Source of the DNA: Antedon mediterranea
Lineage: Eukaryota > Animalia > Echinodermata
Assembly: GCF_964355755.1 (NCBI RefSeq)
Contig: NC_092676.1
Coordinates: forward strand, 12,696,771-12,760,770
Length of the DNA: 64,000 nucleotides
Direction of reading: 5' to 3'
Below are positions 38,800 to 54,204 of the stretch, piece after piece. Position 1 is the stretch's first letter. Each line of letters opens with the position of its first letter. The notes beneath the pieces were generated by a model that saw nothing but the letters and a program-made list of their open reading frames with translations, was not told where the DNA came from and ran no database searches. The position numbers were made by a program, and so were the translations under genes.

Positions 38800-41700
38800 A
38801 CCATTTTTTGCATTTCGATGAAACTTGGTTACACAAAAACATCAAAGTGCTTAAAATCACATTTGAAACCGTTTTAGAGCATTTTGAGCATTTCGATAAA
38901 ACTTTTCACACAAAAACATCAAAGTGTACAAAATAGCTTCAAATCGCATTTAGAGACGTTTTAGACCATTTTGTGCATTTCGAAAAAATTTGTTAACATA
39001 AAAAGACCAAAGTGTTTAGAATATCTCCAAATCGCATTTGGAGACGTTTTAGACCATTTTGTGCATTTCGATGAAACTTGGTTACACAAAAACATCAAAG
39101 TGCTTAAAATCACATTTGAAACCGTTTTAGAGCATTTTTAGCATTTCGATAATACTTTTCACACAAAAACATCAGTGTACAAAATAGCTTCAAATCGCAT
39201 TTGGAGACGTTTTAGACCATTTTGTGCATTTCGATGAAACTTGGTTACACAAAAACATCAAAGTGCTTAAAATCACATTTGAAACCGTTTTAGACCATTT
39301 TGAGCATTTCGATAAGACTTTTCACACAAAAAAATCAAAGTGCACAAAATAGCTTCAAATCGCATTTGGAGACGTTTTAGACTATTTTGTGCATTTTGAA
39401 AAAATTTGTTAACATAAAAAGACCAAAGTGTTTAGAATATCTCCAAATCGCATTTGGAGACGTTTTAAACCATTTTGTGCATTTCGATGGAACTTGGTTA
39501 CACAAAAACATCAAAGTGCTTAAAATCACATTTAAAACCGTTTTAGAGCATTTTGAGCATTTCGATAAAACTTTTCACACAAAAACATCAAAGTGTACAA
39601 AATAGCTTCAAATCGCATTTAGAGAGGTTTTAGACCATTTTGTGCATTTCGATAAAACTTTTCACACAAAAACATCAAAGTGTACAAAATAGCTTCAAAT
39701 CGCATTTAGAGACGTTTTAGACCATTTTGTGCATTTCGATAAAACTTTTCACACAAAAACACCAAATTGCACAAAATAGCTTAATACCGTGTTTGAAATC
39801 GTTTTAAACCATTTTGAGCATGTCGATAAAACTTTTCACAAAAAAACATCAAAGTGCACAGAATAGCTTCAAATCGCATTTGGAGACGTTTTAAACCATT
39901 TTGAGCATTTCGATAAAACTTTTCACACAAAAACATCAAAGTGTACAAAATAGCTTCAAATCGCATTTAGAGAGGTTTTAGACCATTTTGTGCATTTCGA
40001 TAAAACTTTTCACACAAAAACATCAAATTGCACAAAATAGCTTAATATCGTGTTTGAAAACGTTTTAAACCATTTTGAGCATGTCGATAAAACTTTTCAC
40101 ACAAAAATATCAAAGCGCACAGAATATCTTCAAATCGCATTTAGAGACGTTTTAGACCATTTTGTGCATTTCGAAAATATTTGTTAACATAAAAAGACCA
40201 AAGCGTTTAGAATATCTCCAAATCGCATTTGGAGACGTTTTAGACCATTTTGTGCATTTCGATGAAACTTGGTTACACAAAAACATCAAAGTGCTTAAAA
40301 TCACATTTAAAACCGTTTTAGAGCGTTTTGAGCATTTCGATAAACTTTTCACACAAAAACATCAAAGTGCACAAAATAGCTTCAAATCGCATTTAGAGAT
40401 GTTTTAGACCATTTTGTGCATTTCGATAAAACTTTTCACACAAAAACATCAAATTGCACAAAATAGCTTAATACCGTGTTTGAAATCGTTTTAAACCATT
40501 TTGAGCATGTCGATAAAACTTTTCACACAAAAACATCAAAGTGTACAAAATAGCTTCAAATCGCATTTAGAGAGGTTTTAGACCATTTTGTGCATTTCGA
40601 TAAAACTTTTCACACAAAAACATCAAAGTGTACAAAATAGCTTCAAATCGCATTTGGAGACGTTTTAGACCATTTTGTGCATTTCGATGAAACTTGGTTA
40701 CACAAAAACATCAAAGTGCTTAAAATTACATTTGAAAGCGTTTTAGAGCATTTTGAGCATTTCGATAATACTTTTCACACAAAAACATCAAAGTGTACAA
40801 AATAGCTTCAAATCGCATTTGGAGACGTTTTAGACCATTTTGTGCATTTCGATGAAACTTGGTTACACAAAAACATCAAAGTGCTTAAAATCACATTTGA
40901 AACCGTTTTAGACCATTTTGAGCGTTTCGATAAAACTTTTCACACAAAAATATCAAAGTGCACAGAATATCTTCAAATCGCATTTAGAGACGTTTTAGAC
41001 CATTTTGTGCATTTCGAAAAAATTTGTTAACATAAAAAGACCAAAGTGTTTAGAATATCTCCAAATCGCATTTGGAGACGTTTTAGACCATTTTGTGTTT
41101 TTCGAAAAAACTTTTCACACAAAAACATCAAAGTGTACAAAATTGCTTCAAATCGCATTTGGAGACGTATTAGACCATTTTGTGATTTTCGAAAAACTTT
41201 TCACACAAAAACATCAAAGTGTAGAAAATTGCTTCAAATCGCATTTAGAGACGTTTTAGACCATTTTGTGCATTTCGAAAAAATTTGTTAACATAAAAAG
41301 ACCAAAGTGTTTAGAATATTTCCAAATCGCATTTGGAGACGTTTTAGACCATTTTGTGCATTTCGATGAAACTTGGTTACACAAAAACATCAAAGTGCTT
41401 AAAATCACATTTAAAACCGTTTTAGAGCGTTTTGAGCATTTCGATAAACTTTTCACACAAAAACATCAAAGTGCACAAAATAGCATTTAGAGATGTTTTA
41501 GACCATTTTGTGCATTTCGATAAAACTTTTCACACAAAAACATCAAATTGCACAAAAAAGCTTAATACCGTGTCTGAAATCGTTTTAAACCATTTTGAGC
41601 ATGTCGATAAAACTTTTCACACAAAAACATCAAAGTGCACAGAATATCTTCAAATCGCATTTAGAGACGTTTTAGACCATTTTGTGCATTTCGAAAAAAT

Positions 41701-44700
41701 TTGTTAACATAAAAAGACCAAAGTGTTTAGAATATCTCCAAATCGCATTTGGAGACGTTTTAGACCATTTTGTGCATTTCGATGAAACTTGGTTACACAA
41801 AAACATCAAAGTGCTTAAAATCACATTTGAAACCGTTTTAGAGAATTTTGAGCATTTCGATAAAACTTTTCACACAAAAACATCAAAGTGTACAAAATAG
41901 CTTCAAATCACATTTGAAACCGTTTTAGACCATTTTGAGCATTTCGATAAAACTTTTCACACAAAAACATCAAAGTGTACAAAATAGCTTCAAATCGCAT
42001 TTGGAGACGTTTTAAACCATTTTGTGCATTTCGATGAAACTTGGTTACACAAAAACATCAAAGTGCTTAAAATCACATTTGAAATCGTTTTAGACCATTT
42101 TGAGCATTTCGATAAAACTTTTCACACAAAAAAATCAAAGTGCACAAAATAGCTTCAAATCGCATTTGGAGACGTTTTAGACTATTTTGTGCATTTCGAA
42201 AAAATTTGTTAACATAAAAAGACCAAAGTGTTTAGAATATCTCCAAATCGCATTTGGAGACGTTTTAAACCATTTTGTGCATTTCGATGGAACTTGGTTA
42301 CACAAAAACATCAAAGTGCTTAAAATCACATTTGAAACCGTTTTAGAGCATTTTTAGCATTTCGATAATACTTTTCACACAAAAACATCAAAGTGTACAA
42401 AATAGCTTCAAATCGCATTTGGAGACGTTTTAGACCATTTTGTGCATTTCGATGAAACTTGGTTACACAAAAACATCAAAGTGCTTAAAATCACATTTGA
42501 AATCGTTTTAGACCATTTTGAGCATTTCGATAAAACTTTTCACACAAAAAAATCAAAGTGCACAAAATAGCTTCAAATCGCATTTGGAGACGTTTTAGAC
42601 TATTTTGTGCATTTCGAAAAAATTTGTTAACATAAAAAGACCAAAGTGTTTAGAAAATCTCCAAATCGCATTTGGAGACGTTTTAAACCATTTTGTGCAT
42701 TTCGATGGAACTTGGTTACACAAAAACATCAAAGTGCTTAAAATCACATTTAAAACCGTTTTAGAGCATTTTGAGCATTTCGATCAAACTTTTCACACAA
42801 AAACATCAAAGTGTACAAAATAACTTCAAATCGCATTTAGAGACGTTTTAGACCATTTTGTGCATTTTGGTAAAACTTTTCACACAAAAACATCAAATTG
42901 CACAAAATAGCTTAATATCGTGTTTGAAAACGTTTTAAACCATTTTGAGCATGTCGATAAAACTTTTCACATAAAAATATCAAAGTGCACAGAATAGCTT
43001 CAAATCGCATTTGGAGACGTTTTAGACCATTTTGTGCATTTTGGTAAAACTTTTCACACAAAAACATCAAATTGCACAAAATAGCTTAATATCGTGTTTG
43101 AAAACGTTTTAAACCATTTTGAGCATGTCGATAAAACTTTTCACTCAAAAATATCAAAGTGCACAGAATATCTTCAAATCGCATTTAGAGACGTTTTAGA
43201 CCATTTTGTGCATTTTGAAAAAATTTGTTAACATAAAAAGTCCAAAGTGTTTAGAATATCTCCAAATCGCATTTTGAGACGTTTTAGACCATTTTGTGTT
43301 TTTCGAAAAAACTTTTCACACAAAAACATCAAAGTGTACAAAATTGCTTCAAATCGCATTTGGAGACGTTTTAGACCATTTTGTGCGTTTCGATGAATCT
43401 TGGTTACACAAAAACATCAAAGTGCTTAAAATCACATTTAAAACCGTTTTAGTGCATTTTGAGCATTTCGATAAAACTTTTCACACAAAAACATCAAAGT
43501 GCACAAAATAGCTTCAAATCGCATTTAGAGATGTTTTAGACCATTTTGTGCGTTTCGATAAAACTTTTCACACAAAAACATCAAATTGCACAAAATAGCT
43601 TAATATCGTGTTTGAAAACGTTTTAGACCATTTTGAGCATGTCGATAAAACTTTTCACACAAAAACATAAAAGTGCACAAAATAGCTTCAAATCGCATTT
43701 AGAGATGTTTTAGACCATTTTGTGCGTTTCGATAAAACTTTTCACACAAAAACATCAAATTGCACAAAATAGCTTAATATCGTGTTTGAAAACGTTTTAG
43801 ACCATTTTGAGCATGTCGATAAAACTTTTCACACAAAAACATAAAAGTGCACAGAATAGCTTCAAATCGCATTTGGAGACGTTTTAGACCATTTTGTGCA
43901 TTTCGAAAAAACTTTTTAACATAAAAACACCAAAGTGCTTAGAATAGCTTCAAATCGCATTTGGAGACGTTTTAGACCATTTTGTGCATTTCGATGAAAC
44001 TTGGTTACACAAAAACATCAAAGTGCTTAAAATCACATTTGAAACCGTTATAGAGCATTTTTAGCATTTCGATAAAACTTTTCACACAAAAACATCAAAG
44101 TGTACAAAATAGCTTCAAATCACATTTGAAACCGTTTTAGACCATTTTGAGCATTTCGATAAAACTTTTCACACAAAAACATCAAAGTGTACAGAATAGC
44201 TTCAAATCGCATTTGGAGACGTTTTAGACCATTTTGTGCATTTCGATGAAACTTGGTTACACAAAAACATCAAAGTGGTTAAAATCACATTTGAAACCGT
44301 TTTAGAGCATTTTTAACATTTCGATAATACTTTTCACACAAAAACATCAAAGTGTACAAAATAGCTTCAAATCACATTTGAAACCGTTTTAGACCATATT
44401 GAGCATTTCGATAAAACTTTTCACACAAAAACATCAAAGTGTACAAAATAGCTTCAAATCGCATTTGGAGACGTTTTAGACCATTTTGTGCATTTCGATG
44501 AAACTTGGTTACACAAAAACATCAAAGTGCTTAAAATCACATTTGAAAGCGTTTTAGAGCATTTTTAGCATTTCGATAATACTTTTAACACAAAAACATC
44601 AAAGTGCACAAAATAGCTTCAAATCGCATTTAGAGATGTTTTAGACCATTTTGTGCATTTCGATAAAACTTTTCACACAAAAACATCAAATTGCACAAAA

Positions 44701-46340
44701 TAGCTTAATACCGTGTTTGAAATCATTTTAAACCATTTTGAGCATGTCGATAAAACTTTTCACACAAAAACATCAAAGTGTTTAGAATATCTCCAAATCG
44801 CATTTGGAGACGTTTTAGACCATTTTGTGCATTTCAATGAAACTTGGTTACACAAAAACATCAAAGTGCTTAAAATCACATTTGAAACCGTTTTAGAGCA
44901 TTTTGAGCATTTCGATAAAACTTTTCAAACAAAAACATCAAAGTGTACAAAATAGCTTCAAATCACATTTGAAACCGTTTTAGACCATTTTGAGCATTTC
45001 GATAAAACTTTTCACACAAAAACATCAAAGTGTACAAAATAGCTTCAAATCGCATTTGGAGACGTTTTAGACCATTTTGTGCATTTCGATGAAACTTGGT
45101 TACACAAAAACATCAAAGTGCTTAAAATCACATTTGAAACCGTTTTAGAGCATTTTTAGCATTTCGATAATACTTTTCACACAAAACATCAAAGTGTACA
45201 AAATAGCTTCAAATCGCATTTGGAGACGTTTTAGACCATTTTGTGCATTTCGATGAAACTTGGTTACACAAAAACATCAAAGTGCTTAAAATCACATTTG
45301 AAACCGTTTTAGACCATTTTGAGCATTTCGATAAAACTTTTCACACAAAAAAATCAAAGTGCACAAAATAGCTTCAAATCGCATTTGGGGACGTTTTAGA
45401 CTATTTTGTGCATTTCGAAAAAAATTGTTAACATAAAAAGACCAAAGTGTTTAGAATATCTCCAAATCGCATTTGGAGACGTTTTAAACCATTTTGTGCA
45501 TTTCGATGGAACTTGGTTACACAAAAACATCAAAGTGCTTAAAATCACATTTAAAACCGTTTTAGAGCATTTTTAGCATTTCGATAAAACTTTTCACACA
45601 AAAACATCAAAGTGTACAAAATAGCTTCAAATCGCATTTAGAGAGGTTTTAGACAATTTTGTGCATTTCGATAAAACTTTTCACACAAAAACATCAAAGT
45701 GTACAAAATAGCTTCAAATTGCATTTAGAGACGTTTTAGACCATTTTGTGCATTTCGATAAAACTTTTCACACAAAAACATCAAATTGCACAAAATCGTT
45801 TTAAACCATTTTAAATCGTTTTAAACCATTTTGAGCATGTCGATAAAACTTTTCACAAAAAACATCAAAGTGCACAGAATAGCTTCAAATTGCATTTGGA
45901 GACGTTTTAGAGCATTTTGTGCATTTCGATAAAATGTGTTAACATAAAAAGACCAAAGTGTTTAGAATATCTTCAAATCACATTTGGAGACGTTTTAGAC
46001 CATTTTTTGCATTTCGATGAAACTTGGTTACACAAAAACATCAAAGTGCTTAAAATCACATTTGAAACCGTTTTAGAGCATTTTGAGCATTTCGATAAAA
46101 CTTTTCACACAAAAACATCAAAGTGTACAAAATAGCTTCAAATCGCATTTAGAGACGTTTTAGACCATTTTTTGCATTTCGATGAAACTTGGTTACACAA
46201 AAACATCAAAGTGCTTAAAATCACATTTAAAACCGTTTTAGAGCATTTTTAGCATTTCGATAAAACTTTTCACACAAAAACATCAAAGTGTACAAAATAG
46301 CTTCAAATCGCATTTAGAGAGGTTTTAGACAATTTTGTGC
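38800..46340 (+). repeat. Edited copy of the 1-9.4 kb region (offsets 38863, 36662, 37080, 36906)
   Basis: Shared rare markers: 2 bp deletion 'catcagtgtac' (~310/~39173), 'aaaacaccaaattg' (~897/~39760), 'aaagcgtttag' (~1338/40201) and 'gagaattttg' (~5180/41841). ORF pairs 524/39387, 4343/41005, 5525/42605, 9011/45917. Confidence 0.85.
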
Positions 46341-46343
46341 ATT

Positions 46344-49300
46344 TCGATAAAACTTTTCACAAAAAAACATCAAAGTGCACAGAATAGCTTCAAATCGCAT
46401 TTGGAGACGTTTTAAACCATTTTGTGCATTTTGATAAAACTTTTCACATAAAAACAACAAAGTTTACAAAATAGCTTCAAATCGCATTTGGAGACGTTTT
46501 AGACCATTTTGTGCATTTCGATGAAACTTGGTTACACAAAAACATCAAAGTGCTTAAAATCACATTTGAAACCGTTTTAGAGCATTTTGAGCATTTCGAT
46601 AAAACTTTTCACACAAAAACATCAAAGTGTACAAAATAGCTTCAAATCACATTTGAAACCGTTTTAGACCATATTGAGCATTTCGATAAAACTTTTCACA
46701 CAAAAACATCAAAGTGTACAAAATAGCTTCAAATCGCATTTGGAGACGTTTTAGACCATTTTGTGTATTTCGATGAAACTTGGTTACACAAAAACATCAA
46801 AGTGCTTAAAATCACATTTGAAAGCGTTTTAGAGCATTTTTAGCATTTCGATAATACTTTTCACACAAAAACATCAAAGTGTACAAAATAGCTTCAAATC
46901 GCATTTGGAGACGTTTTAGACCATTTTGTGCATTTCGATGAAACTTGGTTACACAAAAACATCAAAGTGCTTAAAATCACATTTAAAACAGTTTTAGAGC
47001 ATTTTGAGCATTTCGATAAAACTTTTCACACAAAAACATCAAAGTGTACAAAATAGCTTCAAATCGCATTTAGAGACGTTTTAGACCATTTTGTGCATTT
47101 CGAAAAAATTTGTTAACATAAAAAGACCAAAGTGTTTAGAATATCTCCAAATCGCATTTGGAGACGTTTTAGACCATTTTGTGCATTTCAATGAAACTTG
47201 GTTACACAAAAACATCAAAGTGCTTAAAATCACATTTGAAACCGTTTTAGAGCATTTTTAGCATTTCGATAATACTTTTCACACAAAAACATCAAAGTGT
47301 ACAAAATAGCTTCAAATCGCATTTAGAGAGGTTTTAGACCATTTTGTGCATTTCGATAAAACTTTTCACACAAAAACATCAAAGTGTACAAAATAGCTTC
47401 AAATCGCATTTAGAGACGTTTTAGACCATTTTGTGCATTTCGATAAAACTTTTCACACAAAAACATCAAATTGCACAAAATAGCTTAATACCGTGTTTGA
47501 AATCGTTTTAAACCATTTTGAGCATGTCGATAAAACTTTTCACAAAAAAACATCAAAGTGCACAGAATAGCTTCAAATCGCATTTGGAGACGTTTTAAAC
47601 CATTTTGAGCATTTCGATAAAACTTTTCACACAAAAACATCAAAGTGTACAAAATAGCTTCAAATCGCATTTAGAGAGGTTTTAGACCATTTTGTGCATT
47701 TCGATAAAACTTTTCACACAAAAACATCAAATTGCACAAAATAGCTTAATATCGTGTTTGAAAACGTTTTAAACCATTTTGAGCATGTCGATAAAACTTT
47801 TCACACAAAAATATCAAAGCGCACAGAATATCTTCAAATCGCATTTAGAGACGTTTTAGACCATTTTGTGCATTTCGAAAAAATTTGTTAACATAAAAAG
47901 ACCAAAGTGTTTAGAATATCTCCAAATCGCATTTGGAGACGTTTTAGACCATTTTGTGCATTTCGATGAAACTTGATTACACAAAAACATCAAAGTGCTT
48001 AAAATCACATTTAAAACCGTTTTAGAGCGTTTTGAGCATTTCGATAAACTTTTCACACAAAAACATCAAAGTGCACAAAATAGCTTCAAATCGCATTTAG
48101 AGATGTTTTAGACCATTTTGTGCATTTCGATAAAACTTTTCACACAAAAACATCAAATTGCACAAAAAAGCTTAATACCGTGTTTGAAATCGTTTTAAAC
48201 CAATTTGAGCATGTCGAAAAAACTTTTCACACAAAAACATCAAAGTGCACAGAATATCTTCAAATCGCATTTAGAGACGTTTTAGACCATTTTGTGCATT
48301 TCGAAAAAATTTGTTAACATAAAAAGACCAAAGTGTTTAGAATATCTCCAAATCGCATTTGGAGACGTTTTAGACCATTTTGTGCATTTCGATGAAACTT
48401 GGTTACACAAAAACATCAAAGTGCTTAAAATCACATTTGAAACCGTTTTAGAGCATTTTGAGCATTTCGATAAAACTTTTCACACAAAAACATCAAAGTG
48501 TACAAAATAGCTTCAAATCGCATTTGGAGACGTTTTAGACCATTTTGTGCATTTCGATGAAACTTGGTTACACAAAAACATCAAAGTGCTTAAAATCACA
48601 TTTGAAATCGTTTTAGACCATTTTGAGCATTTCGATAAAACTTTTCACACAAAAAAATCAAAGTGCACAAAATAGCTTCAAATCGCATTTGGAGACGTTT
48701 TAGACTATTTTGTGCATTTCGAAAAAATTTGTTAACATAAAAAGACCAAAGTGTTTAGAATATCTCCAAATCGCATTTGGAGACGTTTTAAATCATTTTG
48801 TGCATTTCGATGGAACTTGGTTACACAAAAACATCAAAGTGCTTAAAATCACATTTAAAACCGTTTTAGAGCATTTTGAGCATTTCGATAAAACTTTTCA
48901 CACAAAAACATCAAATTGCACAAAATAGCTTAATATCGTGTTTGAAAACGTTTTAAACCATTTTGAGCATGTCGATAAAACTTTTCACATAAAAATATCA
49001 AAGTGCACAGAATAGCTTCAAATCGCATTTGGAGACGTTTTAGACCATTTTGAGCATTTCGATAAAACTTTTCACACAAAAACATCAAAGTGTACAAAAT
49101 AGCTTCAAATCGCATTTAGAGAGGTTTTAGACCATTTTGTGCATTTCGATAAAACTTTTCACACAAAAACATCAAATTGCACAAAATAGCTTAATATCGT
49201 GTTTGAAAACGTTTTAAACCATTTTGAGCATGTCGATAAAACTTTTCACACAAAAATATCAAAGCGCACAGAATATCTTCAAATCGCATTTAGAGACGTT

Positions 49301-52300
49301 TTAGACCATTTTGTGCATTTCGAAAAAATTTGTTAACATAAAAAGACCAAAGTGTTTAGAATATCTCCAAATCGCATTTGGAGACGTTTTAGACCATTTT
49401 GTGCATTTCGATGAAACTTGATTACACAAAAACATCAAAGTGCTTAAAATCACATTTAAAACCGTTTTAGAGCGTTTTGAGCATTTCGATAAACTTTTCA
49501 CACAAAAACATCAAAGTGCACAAAATAGCTTCAAATCGCATTTAGAGATGTTTTAGACCATTTTGTGCATTTCGATAAAACTTTTCACACAAAAACATCA
49601 AATTGCACAAAAAAGCTTAATACCGTGTTTGAAATCGTTTTAAACCAATTTGAGCATGTCGAAAAAACTTTTCACACAAAAACATCAAAGTGCACAGAAT
49701 ATCTTCAAATCGCATTTAGAGACGTTTTAGACCATTTTGTGCATTTCGAAAAAATTTGTTAACATAAAAAGACCAAAGTGTTTAGAATATCTCCAAATCG
49801 CATTTGGAGACGTTTTAGACCATTTTGTGCATTTCGATGAAACTTGGTTACACAAAAACATCAAAGTGCTTAAAATCACATTTGAAACCGTTTTAGAGCA
49901 TTTTGAGCATTTCGATAAAACTTTTCACACAAAAACATCAAAGTGTACAAAATAGCTTCAAATCACATTTGAAACCGTTTTAGACCATTTTGAGCATTTC
50001 GATAAAACTTTTCACACAAAAACATCAAAGTGTACAAAATAGCTTCAAATCGCATTTGGAGACGTTTTAGACCATTTTGTGCATTTCGATAAAACTTGGT
50101 TACACAAAAACATCAAAGTGCTTAAAATCACATTTGAAACCGTTTTAGAGCATTTTTAGCATTTCGATAATACTTTTCACACAAAAACATCAAAGTGTAC
50201 AAAATAGCTTCAAATCGCATTTGGAGACGTTTTAGACCATTTTGTGCATTTCGATGAAACTTGGTTACACAAAAACATCAAAGTGCTTAAAATCACATTT
50301 GAAATCGTTTTAGACCATTTTGAGCATTTCGATAAAACTTTTCACACAAAAAAATCAAAGTGCACAAAATAGCTTCAAATCGCATTTGGAGACGTTTTAG
50401 ACTATTTTGTGCATTTCGAAAAAATTTGTTAACATAAAAAGACCAAAGTGTTTAGAATATCTCCAAATCGCATTTGGAGACGTTTTAAATCATTTTGTGC
50501 ATTTCGATGGAACTTGGTTACACAAAAACATCAAAGTGCTTAAAATCACATTTAAAACCGTTTTAGAGCATTTTGAGCATTTCGATAAAACTTTTCACAC
50601 AAAAACATCAAATTGCACAAAATAGCTTAATATCGTGTTTGAAAACGTTTTAAACCATTTTGAGCATGTCGATAAAACTTTTCACAAAAAAATATCAAAG
50701 TGCACAGAATAGCTTCAAATCGCATTTGGAGACGTTTTAGACCATTTTGTGCATTTTGGTAAAACTTTTCACACAAAAACATCAAATTGCACAAAATAGC
50801 TTAATATCGTGTTTGAAAACGTTTTAAACCATTTTGAGCATGTCGATAAAACTTTTCACTCAAAAATATCAAAGTGCACAGAATATCTTCAAATCGCATT
50901 TAGAGACGTTTTAGACCATTTTGTGCATTTTGAAAAAATTTGTTAACATAAAAAGACCAAAGTGTTTAGAATATCTCCAAATCGCATTTGGAGACGTTTT
51001 AGACCATTTTGTGTTTTTCGAAAAAACTTTTCACACAAAAACATCAAAGTGTACAAAATTGCTTCAAATCGCATTTGGAGACGTTTTAGACCATTTTGTG
51101 CATTTTGGTAAAACTTTTCACACAAAAACATCAAAATTCACAAAATAGCTTAATATCGTGTTTGAAAACGTTTTAAACCATTTTGAGCATGTCGATAAAA
51201 CTTTTCACTCAAAAATATCAAAGTGCACAGAATATCTTCAAATCGCATTTAGAGACGTTTTAGACCATTTTGTGCATTTCGAAAAAAATTGTTAACATAA
51301 AAAGACCAAAGTGTTTAGAATATCTCCAAATCGCATTTGGAGACGTTTTAGACCATTTTGCGCATTTCGATGAAACTTGGTTACACAAAAACATCAAAGT
51401 GCTTAAAATCACATTTAAAACCGTTTTAGAGCGTTTTGAGCATTTCGATAAACTTTTCAAACAAAAACATCAAAGTGTACAAAATAGCTTCAAATCGTAT
51501 TTGGAGACGTTTTAGACCATTTTGTGCGTTTCGATGAATCTTGGTTACACAAAAACATCAAAGTGCTTAAAATCACATTTAAAACCGTTTTAGTGCATTT
51601 TGAGCATTTCGATAAAACTTTTCACACAAAAACATCAAAGTGCACAAAATAGCTTCAAATCGCATTTAGAGATGTTTTAGACCATTTTGTGCGTTTCGAT
51701 AAAACTTTTCACACAAAAACATCAAATTGCACAAAATAGCTTAATATCGTGTTTGAAAACGTTTTAGACCATTTTGAGCATGTCGATAAAACTTTTCACA
51801 CAAAAACATAAAAGTGCACAAAATAGCTTCAAATCGCATTTAGAGATGTTTTAGACCATTTTGTGCGTTTCGATAAAACTTTTCACACAAAAACATCAAA
51901 TTGCACAAAATAGCTTAATATCGTGTTTGAAAACGTTTTAGACCATTTTGAGCATGTCGATAAAACTTTTCACACAAAAACATAAAAGTGCACAGAATAG
52001 CTTCAAATCGCATTTGGAGACGTTTTAGACCATTTTGTGCATTTCGAAAAAACTTTTTAACATAAAAACACCAAAGTGCTTAGAATAGCTTCAAATCGCA
52101 TTTGGAGACGTTTTAGACCATTTTGTGCATTTCGATGAAACTTGGTTACACAAAAACATCAAAGTGCTTAAAATCACATTTGAAACCGTTATAGAGCATT
52201 TTTAGCATTTCGATAAAACTTTTCACACAAAAACATCAAAGTGTACAAAATAGCTTCAAATCACATTTGAAACCGTTTTAGACCATTTTGAGCATTTCGA

Positions 52301-54204
52301 TAAAACTTTTCACACAAAAACATCAAAGTGTACAGAATAGCTTCAAATCGCATTTGGAGACGTTTTAGACCATTTTGTGCATTTCGATGAAACTTGGTTA
52401 CACAAAAAAATCAAAGTGCTTAAAATCACATTTGAAACCGTTTTAGAGCATTTTTAACATTTCGATAATACTTTTCACACAAAAACATCAAAGTGTACAA
52501 AATAGCTTCAAATCACATTTGAAACCGTTTTAGACCATATTGAGCATTTCGATAAAACTTTTCACACAAAAACATCAAAGTGTACAAAATAGCTTCAAAT
52601 CGCATTTGGAGACGTTTTAGACCATTTTGTGCATTTCGATGAAACTTGGTTACACAAAAACATCAAAGTGCTTAAAATCACATTTGAAAGCGTTTTAGAG
52701 CATTTTTAGCATTTCGATAATACTTTTCACACAAAAACATCAAAGTGCACAAAATAGCTTCAAATCGCATTTAGAGATGTTTTAGACCATTTTGTGCATT
52801 TCGATAAAACTTTTCACACAAAAACATCAAATTGCACAAAATAGCTTAATACCGTGTTTGAAATCATTTTAAACCATTTTGAGCATGTCGATAAAACTTT
52901 TCACACAAAAACATCAAAGTTTTTAGAATATCTCCAAATCGCATTTGGAGACGTTTTAGACCATTTTGTGCATTTCGATGAAACTTGGTTACACAAAAAC
53001 ATCAAAGTGCTTAAAATCACATTTGAAACCGTTTTAGAGCATTTTGAGCATTTCGATAAAACTTTTCAAACAAAAACATCAAAGTGTACAAAATAGCTTC
53101 AAATCACATTTGAAACCGTTTTAGACCATTTTGAGCATTTCGATAAAACTTTTCACACAAAAACATCAAAGTGTACAAAATAGCTTCAAATCGCATTTGG
53201 AGACGTTTTAGACCATTTTGTGCATTTCGATGAAACTTGGTTACACAAAAACATCAAAGTGCTTAAAATCACATTTGAAACCGTTTTAGACCATTTTTAG
53301 CATTTCGATAATACTTTTCACACAAAACATCAAAGTGTACAAAATAGCTTCAAATCGCATTTGGAGACGTTTTAGACCATTTTGTGCATTTCGATGAAAC
53401 TTGGTTACACAAAAACATCAAAGTGCTTAAAATCACATTTGAAACCGTTTTAGACCATTTTGAGCATTTCGATAAAACTTTTCACACAAAAAAATCAAAG
53501 TGCACAAAATAGCTTCAAATCGCATTTGGGGACGTTTTAGACTATTTTGTGCATTTCGAAAAAAATTGTTAACATAAAAAGACCAAAGTGTTTAGAATAT
53601 CTCCAAATCGCATTTGGAGACGTTTTAAACCATTTTGTGCATTTCGATGGAACTTGGTTACACAAAAACATCAAAGTGCTTAAAATCACATTTAAAACCG
53701 TTTTAGAGCATTTTTAGCATTTCGATAAAACTTTTCACACAAAAACATCAAAGTGTACAAAATAGCTTCAAATCGCATTTAGAGAGGTTTTAGACAATTT
53801 TGTGCATTTCGATAAAACTTTTCACACAAAAACATCAAAGTGTACAAAATAGCTTCAAATTGCATTTAGAGACGTTTTAGACCATTTTGTGAATTTCGAT
53901 AAAACTTTTCACACAAAAACATCAAATTGCACAAAATCGTTTTAAACCATTTTAAATCGTTTTAAACCATTTTGAGCATGTCGATAAAACTTTTCACAAA
54001 AAACATCAAAGTGCACAGAATAGCTTCAAATTGCATTTGGAGACGTTTTAGAGCATTTTGTGCATTTCGATAAAATGTGTTAACATAAAAAGACCAAAGT
54101 GTTTAGAATATCTTCAAATCACATTTGGAGACGTTTTAGACCATTTTTTGCATTTCGATGAAACTTGGTTACACAAAAACATCAAAGTGCTTAAAATCAC
54201 ATTT
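46344..54204 (+). repeat. ~7.9 kb block, copy 2 (copy 1 at -26231)
   Basis: Same monomer order and same variants as 20113-27973, with only scattered substitutions seen by eye. Confidence 0.93.
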